64,000 bases of DNA, taken from assembly GCA_007693855.1 (NCBI GenBank), contig RECU01000042.1:11733-75732 (forward strand), given 5' to 3'. Position 1 is the stretch's first letter, and the number at the start of each line of letters is the position of its first letter. The translations under genes were made by a program, and so were the position numbers. The DNA is from Gammaproteobacteria bacterium. GTDB taxonomy: Bacteria > Pseudomonadota > Gammaproteobacteria > Steroidobacterales > PWYM01. This document shows, piece after piece, positions 28,385 through 37,585 of the stretch. The notes under the pieces are model-generated. The model worked only from the letters and a program-made list of their open reading frames with translations, was not told the origin of the DNA and made no database searches.

Positions 28385-29572
28385 ATGACGACACGCCGCC
28401 GCGACACCGTACTGGCCCACGCCGGGCGCGACCGCCAGCTCTCGGCCGGCACGGTCAATATTCCGCCCTTCCGCTGCTCCACGGTGCTGTTCGAGGATCT
28501 TGCAGCGTTCGAGGATCACAGCCGGGGGGGCCAGACCTTCCGCTATGCCCGCGACGGCACGCCCACCGCGCGCGCCCTGGAAAGCGCCTATGCCGAACTC
28601 GAGGGCGCGGCAGGCGCTGTGGCCACCTGCTCGGGCCTCTCGGCGGTCACGGTCGCACTGTCTTCGTTCCTGCGCCCCGGTGATCATCTGGTGCTCAGCG
28701 AGGGTGCCTACGAACCGACCGTAGATTATGTGCAGGGCGTACTCGAAGAGTTCGGTGTCAGCGTCACCCTGGTGCCGCCGGAGATCGGCGGACGGATTGG
28801 CGAGGCTCTGCAGCCGAACACCCGCGTCGTCTACCTGGAATCCCCCAGTTCCGGCACCTTCGAGTTGCAGGATCTGCCGGCCATCGCGGCGGCCGTGCGC
28901 GCGGCAGCGGTGGAGCGCGAGCGCAAGCCGCTGATCCTGACCGACAACACCTGGTCGGGCGGCCTGTTCCATCAACCGCTGACGCTGGGCGCCGATGTGG
29001 TCATCCAGGCCGCCACCAAGTACATCTCGGGACACTCCGACGCGATGCTCGGTCTGGTGGCCTGCAGCGAGGCGACACTGGCGACGGTACGACGGAATGC
29101 GAAACTCCAGGGGGTGTACGCCAGCCCGGATGACTGCTGGCTGGGCCTGCGGGGGCTGCGCACGCTGGCGGTGCGGCTGCGCCAGCACATGGCCACGGGG
29201 CTTGCGCTGGCGCAGTGGCTGGCCGAACAGTCGGCCGTGGCCGAGGTGTTGCATCCGGGGCTCCCCCAGCACCCGCAGCATGCGCTGTGGCAGCGGGACT
29301 TCTGCGGCGCCTCGGGCCTGTTCGCGTTTCGGCTGCAGCCTCACTACGACCGCGCGGCGCTGCGCCGGATGCTCGACGGCATGCAACTGTTCGGCATGGG
29401 CTACAGTTTCGGGGCCTTCGAATCCCTGCTGATCCCCGTCCGGCTGCCACCGCACCGGTCGCCGGCCCCCGCCGGCAGCGGCCCGCTGCTGCGGCTGCAC
29501 GCCGGTCTCGAGGCGGTCGAGGACCTGCAGGCAGATCTCGCGGCGGGCCTCGCCCGCCTCGAGACCGCCTGA
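28385..29572 (+). CDS. metC: Cystathionine beta-lyase
   Basis: MTTRRRDTVLAHAG...YARDGTPT...DNTWSGGLFHQPL..GADVVIQAATKYISGHSDAMLG...GLRTLAVRLRQH...GYSFGAFESL...LRLHAGLE is collinear with MetC and includes the PLP-lysine context. Confidence 0.92.
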   Translation: MTTRRRDTVLAHAGRDRQLSAGTVNIPPFRCSTVLFEDLAAFEDHSRGGQTFRYARDGTPTARALESAYAELEGAAGAVATCSGLSAVTVALSSFLRPGDHLVLSEGAYEPTVDYVQGVLEEFGVSVTLVPPEIGGRIGEALQPNTRVVYLESPSSGTFELQDLPAIAAAVRAAAVERERKPLILTDNTWSGGLFHQPLTLGADVVIQAATKYISGHSDAMLGLVACSEATLATVRRNAKLQGVYASPDDCWLGLRGLRTLAVRLRQHMATGLALAQWLAEQSAVAEVLHPGLPQHPQHALWQRDFCGASGLFAFRLQPHYDRAALRRMLDGMQLFGMGYSFGAFESLLIPVRLPPHRSPAPAGSGPLLRLHAGLEAVEDLQADLAAGLARLETA

Positions 29573-29599
29573 GTCCGTGCTGCGCCTCAAACCTGTCCG

Positions 29600-30496
29600 G
29601 TGAGCCGGAAACACCCCGCCTCGCACTGGCTCGGCCTGCTGGCGCTGGTGCTGCTGTGGGGCAGCGCATTCCTGTTCGTGTCCATTGCGCTCGGGAGCTT
29701 CAGCGCACTGCAGATTGCCGGGACCCGCATCATCATCGCCGGCGGGGTGCTGGTGGCCCTGTGCCTGGTGCTCGGTCCGGGGCTTCCCGGAGGACGGCGG
29801 CAATGGGCCTACTTTCTCGCCATGGGGATCACCGGCAACTGCCTGCCCTTCCTGCTGATCGCCTGGGGACAGCAGCATGTCCCTTCGGGCGAAGCGGGCA
29901 TCCTGATGGCACTGGTGCCGCTGATGGTCATGGTGCTCGCGCACTTTCTGCTGCCGGGCGAGCGGCTGACCCGGCGAAGGACTGCGGGCTTTCTGCTGGG
30001 CTTTGCCGGGGTGGTGGTGCTGATCGGTCCGCAGCATCTCGGGGGGCTGCTGGGCCAGGAGGCGCAACTGGCGCGATTGGCGCTGCTGGGCGCGACCATC
30101 AGTTATGCCACCGCCGGCATCCTCGCCCAGTACCAGCCCAACCGGGACATGCTGCAGTCGGCGGCGGGTACGCTGCTGACCGCCAGCGCCGTGATGCTGG
30201 TGCTCATGGTCTGGGCCGGGGAACTGGCGCCACCGGTCGAACTCACCCCGGGGCCGTTGCTGGCCGTGGTGGCCCTGGGGCTGCTGTGTACCGCGGCGGC
30301 CAACCTGGTGTTCTTCTGGCTGGCGCACCGCAGCGGCGCGCCGTTTCTGTCACTGTCGAACTATCTCGTGCCCTGCGTGGCGGTCGGACTCGGTGCGGTG
30401 TTCGCGGGCGAACGGTTGCCCGCCGACGCCTGGCTGGCGCTGACCCTGATCCTGGGTGGACTTGCACTGTGTCAGCGGCGTGCGCGCCTGTCCTGA
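29600..30496 (+). CDS. EamA/DMT-family transporter
   Basis: Ten hydrophobic segments in two EamA-like halves (LLWGSAFLFVSIAL...). GTG start. Confidence 0.82.
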   Translation: MSRKHPASHWLGLLALVLLWGSAFLFVSIALGSFSALQIAGTRIIIAGGVLVALCLVLGPGLPGGRRQWAYFLAMGITGNCLPFLLIAWGQQHVPSGEAGILMALVPLMVMVLAHFLLPGERLTRRRTAGFLLGFAGVVVLIGPQHLGGLLGQEAQLARLALLGATISYATAGILAQYQPNRDMLQSAAGTLLTASAVMLVLMVWAGELAPPVELTPGPLLAVVALGLLCTAAANLVFFWLAHRSGAPFLSLSNYLVPCVAVGLGAVFAGERLPADAWLALTLILGGLALCQRRARLS

Positions 30497-30527
30497 CGAC
30501 CGCGCAAAGACGAGCGTCGCGTCGTCA
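30494..30527. terminator. Imperfect hairpin spanning both convergent stop codons (TGACGAC...GTCGTCA)
   Basis: 7+3 bp stem read directly. The arms contain the EamA TGA and the receiver-gene TCA (complement). No T-tract. Confidence 0.3.
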
Positions 30528-30953
30528 GGCGCCTTCCGGGCCGAGCGGGGCGGCCACCTGCCGTCCGTTACGCAGAACCGCCGCCGAGGCGACGACACTG
30601 TGCAGCAGGCGGGAGATCGGCACCGGAATCTCCAGCACATCCACCGCGCCACTGCGCATGGCCGAGACGGCTGTACCCACATCATCGGGCGGTACGAGCA
30701 GCACGACCGGCGCGCCACTGCCAGCACGGCGCAGGTGATCGATGAGTTCAACGCCCGAAATACCGGGCAACAGGGCCGCGGCAACCACGCAGCGGACCGC
30801 GCTTACGCTGCGGTCAGCCAGCAGTTCCTCTGCCCGCACGAAGCTGCGCAGCCTCGCGTCGGCCGCGTGGAACATGGGAGCGAGGGCGTTGTAGAGCGCC
30901 GGATCCGGGTCCACCACACAGACATCCAGATCGGCCGGGATTTTCATCAGCAA
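30525..30953 (-). CDS. Degenerate single-domain receiver (CheY-like fold; phospho-acceptor Asp, Thr and Lys positions replaced)
   Basis: Aligns by eye to the FixJ receiver next door: VVDPD vs VDDD, CVVAAALLPGISGVEL vs CIVADIRMPGMSGLEM (Asp to Ala), LLVPPDD vs FITGHGD, EIPV vs QKPF. Confidence 0.7.
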   Translation of the reverse strand: MLMKIPADLDVCVVDPDPALYNALAPMFHAADARLRSFVRAEELLADRSVSAVRCVVAAALLPGISGVELIDHLRRAGSGAPVVLLVPPDDVGTAVSAMRSGAVDVLEIPVPISRLLHSVVASAAVLRNGRQVAAPLGPEGA

Positions 30954-31053
30954 CAGGTCACCACGCCGCGAGAAGACACTTCAGAGTGAACCAAAGTGTC
31001 CGTCCGGGGCCCGGACTGTCACAATAGGGGAATGTACGGGGTGGACCGTCGGT

Positions 31054-31671
31054 CTACCCTTCGCGGAGATTCTCCAGCCGGCTCATCATCTGCACCAACT
31101 GGGCCAGCGAGCGCGCCTGCATCTTCTCCATCACCCGCGCCCGGTGGATCTCCACGGTCCGCTGGCTGACATCGAGATCCATCGCAATCACCTTGTTGGG
31201 CTGCCCGGAGACCACCCGGTCAAGCACCTGGCGCTCCCGCGGCGTCAGCGCCTCGAGCCGTCCCGTGATCTCGTCGATCTCCAGCTCCACCTGGTGCAGG
31301 CTTTTCTCCTGCTGCAGGCCCTCGTTGATGCGATCAAGCAGGTCCTGGTCGCGAAAGGGCTTCTGCACGAAATCCAGCGCACCGGCCTTCATCGCCTCCA
31401 CCGCCATGGGGACGTCACCATGCCCGGTGATGAAAATCACCGGCAGACGGCAGCCGCGATCCAGCAACGCTTCCTGCATCTCCAGGCCGCTCATGCCGGG
31501 CATGCGGATGTCGGCGACGATGCAGCCGCGCATCTCCGGTTGCCAGGCGCCGAGGAACTCGTCGCCGGAGGCATACACCTGCACCGGCAGCCCCACCGAC
31601 TTGATCAGCATCCGCAGGGCATCTCGCACGGCGTGATCATCATCGACGATAAAGACAATCGGCTGGGTCAT
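31054..31671 (-). CDS. fixJ: FixJ-family response regulator (receiver + LuxR-type HTH)
   Basis: MTQPIVFIVDDDHAVRDAL...ADIRMPGMSGLE...ITGHGDVPMAVEAMKAGALDFVQKPF...LTPRERQVLDRVVSGQPNKVIAMDLDVSQRTVEIHRARVMEKM. Confidence 0.93.
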   Translation of the reverse strand: MTQPIVFIVDDDHAVRDALRMLIKSVGLPVQVYASGDEFLGAWQPEMRGCIVADIRMPGMSGLEMQEALLDRGCRLPVIFITGHGDVPMAVEAMKAGALDFVQKPFRDQDLLDRINEGLQQEKSLHQVELEIDEITGRLEALTPRERQVLDRVVSGQPNKVIAMDLDVSQRTVEIHRARVMEKMQARSLAQLVQMMSRLENLREG

Positions 31672-31675
31672 GAAG

Positions 31676-32848
31676 TCAGTCCTCGAACGACAGGGGCAGG
31701 TGGAAACTGAAAATCGCACCACCGGCAGGGTTGGGCTGGAAACCCAGGCGGCCACCATGCGACTGGATGATGGTGCGGCTGATGGACAGGCCGACGCCCA
31801 GGCCATTCTGCTTGCTGGTGACGAAGGGGTGGAAGATCTGGCGGGCCACCTGTTCGTCGACGCCAGGGCCGTGGTCGGTGACCGTCACCTCCACGCCACC
31901 CTCCTCGCGCTGGCGGGTGCTGATGATGACCCCCTGCGAGCGGTCCGGCTGTGCGGACATGGCGTCGACCGCGTTGCGAATCAGATTCAGCAGCACCTGC
32001 TGGATTTCCACCGCGTTGCCGCGGACCGGGGGCAGCACCTCGGCCAGCGACATGCACAGCGGCACGTCGCGATCACGCGCATCGAGCTCGGCCAGCACCA
32101 TGATCTCGCGGATCAGGGCGTTGCAGTCGAGGCGCTCGCGCGCCGAGTCCTGCATGCGCAGAAACCCGCGCAGCCGGCGGATCACCTCGCCTGCGCGGTG
32201 CGCCTGCTGGCTCACCTGGCGACAGATATGCTGGAGGTCTTCGGCGTCGGCCGCCGCGCCCGCCTTCAGCAGACGTTCGGCTGTCTGGGCATAGGTATTG
32301 ATCGCCGCCAGCGGCTGGTTGATCTCGTGCGCCAGGCCTGCGGCCATTTCGCCCATGGTGCTGAAGCGGCCCACGCGTGCCAGACGCTCCTGCAGTTCGC
32401 GCATTTCCTGCTCGGCACGTTTGCGCCCGGAGATATCGCGGATGATGCCGATGAAATGTGGCGGACCGGGCAGATCGACCTGTCCGACCGACAGCTCGAT
32501 CGGGAAGACCTCGCCGTCCCGGCGCAGGGCCTCGACCTCTCGGCCCTTGCCGATGATGCGTCGCTCGCCGGTGACGAGATAGTGCGCCATGAAGCCGTCA
32601 TGGTGATCGGCAAAATGCGACGGCATGAGCATGCTCACATTACGCCCCGCGATCTCGCTTTCCCGGTAGCCGAAAATCCGTTCGGCGGCGGGATTGAAGA
32701 TCAGGATGCCGCCGCGCTCGTCGATCATGATGATGGCGTCGACGGCCGCGTGCAGCAGCGCACGAAAATTCGCATCTCCGATGTCGCTGGCCGGATACAG
32801 GGACTCCGGAACGCGGTCGACACTCATAAGCAGATTCCACAGCGCCAT
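31676..32848 (-). CDS. fixL: FixL-type heme-PAS oxygen-sensor histidine kinase (soluble)
   Basis: The PAS domain with LMPSHFADHHDGFMAHYLVTGERRIIGKGREVEALRRDGEVFPIELSVG matches the FixL heme pocket. H-box MGEMAAGLAHEINQPL. N/G boxes LLNLIRNAVDAM, DHGPGV, GLGVGLSISR. Confidence 0.9.
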   Translation of the reverse strand: MALWNLLMSVDRVPESLYPASDIGDANFRALLHAAVDAIIMIDERGGILIFNPAAERIFGYRESEIAGRNVSMLMPSHFADHHDGFMAHYLVTGERRIIGKGREVEALRRDGEVFPIELSVGQVDLPGPPHFIGIIRDISGRKRAEQEMRELQERLARVGRFSTMGEMAAGLAHEINQPLAAINTYAQTAERLLKAGAAADAEDLQHICRQVSQQAHRAGEVIRRLRGFLRMQDSARERLDCNALIREIMVLAELDARDRDVPLCMSLAEVLPPVRGNAVEIQQVLLNLIRNAVDAMSAQPDRSQGVIISTRQREEGGVEVTVTDHGPGVDEQVARQIFHPFVTSKQNGLGVGLSISRTIIQSHGGRLGFQPNPAGGAIFSFHLPLSFED

Positions 32849-32969
32849 AGCAGGATGGCCGCGATAGTCGCGACCCCATCATCCTGATTATATAGAAACC
32901 TCGATTTCTCCACGCCCGCTGGCCGCGTATCATGATCCGGCGGAGGACAAACAGCGGAAGGAGCAGGGC

Positions 32970-33935
32970 ATGAGCAATGGTCAGCGAATCCTGGTCGTGG
33001 TTGATCCAACGGCCGACGAACAACCGGCAGTGGCACGCGCCGCCAGGCTGGCCCGGGCGCTCGGTTGCGGCATGGAGCTGTTCATCTGCCACTATGACCC
33101 TTACCTGTCCGGTGAGCGTTTCTTCGATTCACCAGGCCTGCAGAAAGCCCGCAGGGAAACCATGGACGCGATGCTCACCCGGCTCGGCAGACTTGCCGAA
33201 CCGCTGGCCGAAGAGGGGCTGGATGTCAGCACGGAGGTCGCCTGGGACACCCCGCTGCACGAAGGTATCGTGCGCCGGGCGCTTGCCATACAGCCCGCCC
33301 TGGTGCTCAAGGACACCCACTACCACCAGGCGCTGCGCCGCTCGGTGTTCAGCAACACGGACTGGAACCTCATCCGGACCTGCCCGGCGCCGCTGTGGCT
33401 GGTGAAACCACGCGCGGTGGCCGAGACGCTGCGCATCGTCGCGGCCGTCGACCCCATGCATGAGCACGACAAGCCGGCCAACCTGGATCACGTCATCCTC
33501 CGCGAGGGTGAACGGCTGGCTGGGGCCACCGGTGGCGAACTGCACGCCTTCCATAGCTACGACCCGATGCCGGCGATCGCGGGCACGGCTACCGCGGTGG
33601 CCACGCCGATCTCGGTCCCTGCCGAGGATATCGGCAAGGACCTCGAACGCAGCCATGGCGAGGCCCTGGGCGATCTCGCAGAAACCTACCGGCTGCCGGA
33701 TGACCGTGTCCACCTGCTGCGCGGCCCGGCCAGGGAGCTGCTGCCGGAACTCGCGCGCGAGCTCGAGGCGGGGCTGGTGATCATGGGAGCGGTGGCGCGC
33801 GGACGGCTGAAACGGTTTTTCATCGGCAGCACGGCCGAACAGGTGCTTGATCGACTGCCCTGCGACGTGCTGGTCATGAAACCCGATGAGTTCACCACAC
33901 CCGTGCGGCTGGAGGATGCCGCCGCACGCGACTGA
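32970..33935 (+). CDS. Tandem universal stress protein (UspE-like)
   Basis: Two Usp domains (ILVVVDPT... and IVAAVDP...). C-terminal GAVARGRLKRFFIGSTAEQVLDRLPCDVLVMKP. Confidence 0.85.
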   Translation: MSNGQRILVVVDPTADEQPAVARAARLARALGCGMELFICHYDPYLSGERFFDSPGLQKARRETMDAMLTRLGRLAEPLAEEGLDVSTEVAWDTPLHEGIVRRALAIQPALVLKDTHYHQALRRSVFSNTDWNLIRTCPAPLWLVKPRAVAETLRIVAAVDPMHEHDKPANLDHVILREGERLAGATGGELHAFHSYDPMPAIAGTATAVATPISVPAEDIGKDLERSHGEALGDLAETYRLPDDRVHLLRGPARELLPELARELEAGLVIMGAVARGRLKRFFIGSTAEQVLDRLPCDVLVMKPDEFTTPVRLEDAAARD

Positions 33936-33963
33936 ATCCACCACAACCCGCGGGAGATCAAGG

Positions 33964-34731
33964 ATGATCCGTCTCGACAGCCTCGGCAGCGAGGTCAATG
34001 TACTGGTTCAGGGTGCGAGCCGCGGCCTTGGCCGTGAGTTCGTCCGCCAGCTGCTGCACTGCCCCGACGTGGGCCGCGTCTGGGCCGGCTGCCGACAACC
34101 CGAGGCCCTCGCGCTGCCTGCAGACACTCCCACCGGGGGCCTGCGCCCGCTGCGCCTGGACATCACTGACGAGGGCGGCGTCGCGGCCGCGGCCGAGGAC
34201 GTGGCACGCGAAACAGACACCCTCAGCCTGATCATCAACGTCGCGGGAATCCTGCACACCCCCGAGGGAATGTGTCCTGAACGGCGGCTGGCGGAGGTCG
34301 AGCCCGCCAACATGGTGTTGAGCTACCAGGTGAACGCCCTCGGCCCGCTGCTGGTCGCCAAGCACTTCGCAGCGCTGCTGCCGAGGCGTGAGCGCGCGGT
34401 GTTTGCCAGCCTCTCCGCCCGCGTGGGCAGCATCGGCGACAACCACCTCGGCGGCTGGTACGCCTATCGCGCCGCCAAGGCGGCGCAGAACATGCTCACG
34501 CGCAACCTCTCGGTGGAACTGCCCCGCAGGCACCGTGGCGTGCTGTGTATCGCGCTGCACCCCGGCACCGTCGATACCGACCTGTCCGCGCCCTTCCAGG
34601 GCAATGTCCCGGCAGAGCGGCTGTTCAGCCGCGAGCGAGCAGTCACCCAGCTGCTCGAAATCATCAATGGCCTGGGCGCGGACGACCAGGGCCGCTTCAT
34701 TGCCTGGGACGGCCAGACCATCCCCTGGTAG
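33964..34731 (+). CDS. Short-chain dehydrogenase/reductase (CsgA-like SDR)
   Basis: VLVQGASRGLG, NVAGIL, YAYRAAKAA (YxxxK). GGGAGA upstream of the ATG at 33964. Confidence 0.85.
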   Translation: MIRLDSLGSEVNVLVQGASRGLGREFVRQLLHCPDVGRVWAGCRQPEALALPADTPTGGLRPLRLDITDEGGVAAAAEDVARETDTLSLIINVAGILHTPEGMCPERRLAEVEPANMVLSYQVNALGPLLVAKHFAALLPRRERAVFASLSARVGSIGDNHLGGWYAYRAAKAAQNMLTRNLSVELPRRHRGVLCIALHPGTVDTDLSAPFQGNVPAERLFSRERAVTQLLEIINGLGADDQGRFIAWDGQTIPW

Positions 34732-34749
34732 CGATCTCCGGTGTCGATC

Positions 34750-36138
34750 TCAAGCGCCGTTGAGGTAGCGCATCAAGGTGCCGTGATAGTGGCGGATGCG
34801 GCTTTCCTGCACATGCGCCAACAGCAGCCGGCTGCGGGCCGTCGCCTTCATTCCACGCTGCACCCACGGCAGGTTGCTGTTGTCCTGATCGAAGATGGCA
34901 CCGAGCCCGCCGAGCTCCGTGGCCGTTGACCATGGCTCATCGGCCTCCAGCCAGCGCAGTTCAGCCGGCGGCGGCTTGGGCTGGTCGGCCGGGTGGCGCA
35001 GCAGCAGCATCACCTCCATCACACAGGCCTCATGGTCGTTGCCGTGCGGCCGGAAGCGGTAATTGATGTTGGGGCCATAGCCGCCCCAGGGCACGAAGTT
35101 GGGAAACACGTTGTAGAGGATGCCGTCGAGCAGCTCGCTCTCCGGCGCCTCGGGCAGCGGACAGCCCCACATGGCCTCCGCTGTCTCGCGGGCCTTGCCG
35201 GCCGCGACCTGGCGCCCGGTGACGCCCTCGGGCAGCTCGATCGCCGCCATGCCGGCCGGGCGGCGGCCGCCCTCGCCCAGGGCCGCCATCGCCGCAAGGA
35301 TGTCGCCCTCGCCAATCTGACCTTCCAGCAGCGGCGAGGGCACGCCGAAGGGGGTGATCATGCGATCGACGTGGGGATTGTCCGGCCAGATGTCATAGCG
35401 GGTGTTGGTATCCCCGGTAAACGGCAGGATCTGTGGGTGGGTGTCCTGCGAGTGCCAGGCCTCGGAGAAGGCATCAAGCACGGCTTTCCAGTTCGCCCGG
35501 ATCACCTTGGCCACATGGACGCCAAGATAGCTCTGTGCCAGCCCCCAGGTCGCAAAGTGCTCGGGCAAGGGCCGCAGGTAGTGCTCCAGCGGCGGCGCCG
35601 CCTCGTCCATGTTCAGAAACACCCAACCGCCCCAGCGCGCCACGCGCGCTTGCGGCAGCGGCAGCGCCGCCGGGTCGACGCCGGGGAAGTCCCAGGCGCA
35701 GGGCAACTCCTGCATCCGGCCGTCCAGACCCCAGGTCAGCCCATGGAACGGGCACCTGAACTGCCGGGTGGAACCCGGCTCGGTGCGCAACATCCTCCCG
35801 CGGTGCAGGCAGGCGTTGTAGAAGGCGCGGATCGAACCGTCATCCTGGCGGGCGAGGATGAACGAGTGGTCGCAGATCTCGTAGAGGGTGTAGTCGCCTG
35901 GCTCGGGGAGATGTTCCTCGCGACAGGCCATCTGCCAGACCTTCGGCCACAGCCTGTGCTTCTCGAGCTCGAAGAACTCTCGTGACACATAGCGCTCGAT
36001 GGGAATCTCCGCCTCGCCTTCAGGCGGCTGCCAGACATGTTCGCGCACACCCGGCGTGGGCGGATGCGCATCGCGATCGAGGTAGCTCTGGTAAGGGGTG
36101 CCCGGCGCGGGCGCGTCATCCGTCGAGCGTGTCGCCAT
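34750..36138 (-). CDS. Rieske [2Fe-2S] aromatic-ring-hydroxylating oxygenase alpha subunit-like protein
   Basis: CLHRG...CPFHG Rieske motif, and a C-terminal catalytic domain with WHSQDTH. ATG at 36138. No partner beta or reductase gene is adjacent. Confidence 0.85.
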   Translation of the reverse strand: MATRSTDDAPAPGTPYQSYLDRDAHPPTPGVREHVWQPPEGEAEIPIERYVSREFFELEKHRLWPKVWQMACREEHLPEPGDYTLYEICDHSFILARQDDGSIRAFYNACLHRGRMLRTEPGSTRQFRCPFHGLTWGLDGRMQELPCAWDFPGVDPAALPLPQARVARWGGWVFLNMDEAAPPLEHYLRPLPEHFATWGLAQSYLGVHVAKVIRANWKAVLDAFSEAWHSQDTHPQILPFTGDTNTRYDIWPDNPHVDRMITPFGVPSPLLEGQIGEGDILAAMAALGEGGRRPAGMAAIELPEGVTGRQVAAGKARETAEAMWGCPLPEAPESELLDGILYNVFPNFVPWGGYGPNINYRFRPHGNDHEACVMEVMLLLRHPADQPKPPPAELRWLEADEPWSTATELGGLGAIFDQDNSNLPWVQRGMKATARSRLLLAHVQESRIRHYHGTLMRYLNGA

Positions 36139-36395
36139 ACCCGTCAACCTCCGCAACTGTCCGTGACCGACGGACCCGAAGATGCAACACGCCTCGCGTG
36201 GTGGCAATGGGTGTCCTTATTGCACTGCAGCGACACCATCCTGGTGCATGCAGTGATGGCGGCTGCACCAGGATAGGTCGAACACCCCGTCACCGCTCCA
36301 CTGACCTTAAATCTTATTCCAATTATTTCAGAGGCTTAATGAACCTGTCATGTCTCTTGCATAGTCTTCGGGCAAATCACTATGGAGATCTGCAC

Positions 36396-36566
36396 ATGAT
36401 CATGGAATACAGCGAAGACCGCAGTGCCCGGACCCGCGAGCCACGCATGCCCGACGACGAATTCCTGTGCATCAAGGGTTACATGGTGCCGCGCGAGCGC
36501 AGCGCCCAGAGTCTGGAGCAGGGGTTTGACCTCAGCGGGCTGGACAGGGCTGCGATGCGCGACTGA
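36396..36566 (+). CDS. Small hypothetical protein (56 aa)
   Basis: GGAG at 36384-36387, then ATG at 36396. MIMEYSEDRSARTREPRMPDDEFLCIKGYMVPRERS.... Sits after an AT-rich promoter-like stretch and is followed by a canonical terminator. Confidence 0.45.
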   Translation: MIMEYSEDRSARTREPRMPDDEFLCIKGYMVPRERSAQSLEQGFDLSGLDRAAMRD

Positions 36567-36620
36567 ACCCGCCCGAGCGCGAACACGAACCTCGGAGCTG
36601 GCGGGGAACGTTACCCGCAG

Positions 36621-36644
36621 GCGGCCTTGCGGCCGCATTTTTTT
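36621..36644 (+). terminator. Rho-independent terminator (GCGGCC-TTGC-GGCCGC + T7)
   Basis: Perfect 6-bp GC stem, 4-nt loop, then ATTTTTTT, read directly from the sequence. Confidence 0.7.
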
Positions 36645-36664
36645 GGCTACGGCTCGGCCGGCCC

Positions 36665-37105
<441 letters not shown>

Positions 37106-37107
37106 TC

Positions 37108-37578
37108 ATGCCCAGGCAACATCTGCTCATTGTCTATCACTCACAGTCCGGCACCACCGAGGCCATGGCGCAGGCGGTGATCCGCGGTGCCCGCGACCCG
37201 GCGATCGAGGGGGTCGAGGTACGCGTGCGTGCCGCCCTGGACGCCGGTCCCGGCGATCTTCTGTGGGCCGACGGCGTCATTCTCGGCACGCCGGAGAATT
37301 TCGGCTACATGAGCGGCGGCCTGAAGACCTTTCTTGATCGCAGCTATCACGCCTGCCTCGAGGACACCCAGGGGTTGCCCTGGGCGCTGTTCGTGCGTGC
37401 GGGGAACGATGGCCAGGGCGCGGTCAGCAGTGTCGAACGGATCGTCGCAGGGCTGCGCTGGAAGGCCATCCAGGCGCCGCTGGTGGTTGCCGGGCCCGCT
37501 GATGAAGCCGCTGTCCTGCCCGCCTGTGAGGAACTCGGCCTGACGATGGCGGCAGGGCTCGAGGCCGGGGTGTTCTGA
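37108..37578 (+). CDS. Flavodoxin-like fold protein
   Basis: LLIVYHSQSGTTEAMA...ADGVILGTPENFGYMSG. Confidence 0.75.
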   Translation: MPRQHLLIVYHSQSGTTEAMAQAVIRGARDPAIEGVEVRVRAALDAGPGDLLWADGVILGTPENFGYMSGGLKTFLDRSYHACLEDTQGLPWALFVRAGNDGQGAVSSVERIVAGLRWKAIQAPLVVAGPADEAAVLPACEELGLTMAAGLEAGVF

Positions 37579-37585
37579 GCGCCGC

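Noticed and set aside
28283-30328. 681-aa minus-strand ORF
   Set aside because: It is antisense to metC and the EamA transporter, with His/Gln/Arg/Pro low-complexity composition.
32849-32969. FNR/FixK box (TTGAT-N4-ATCAA) in the fixL-usp divergent region and upstream of the hydrogenase operon
   Set aside because: I saw no acceptable match in either region, only partial ATCATGATCC-like strings.
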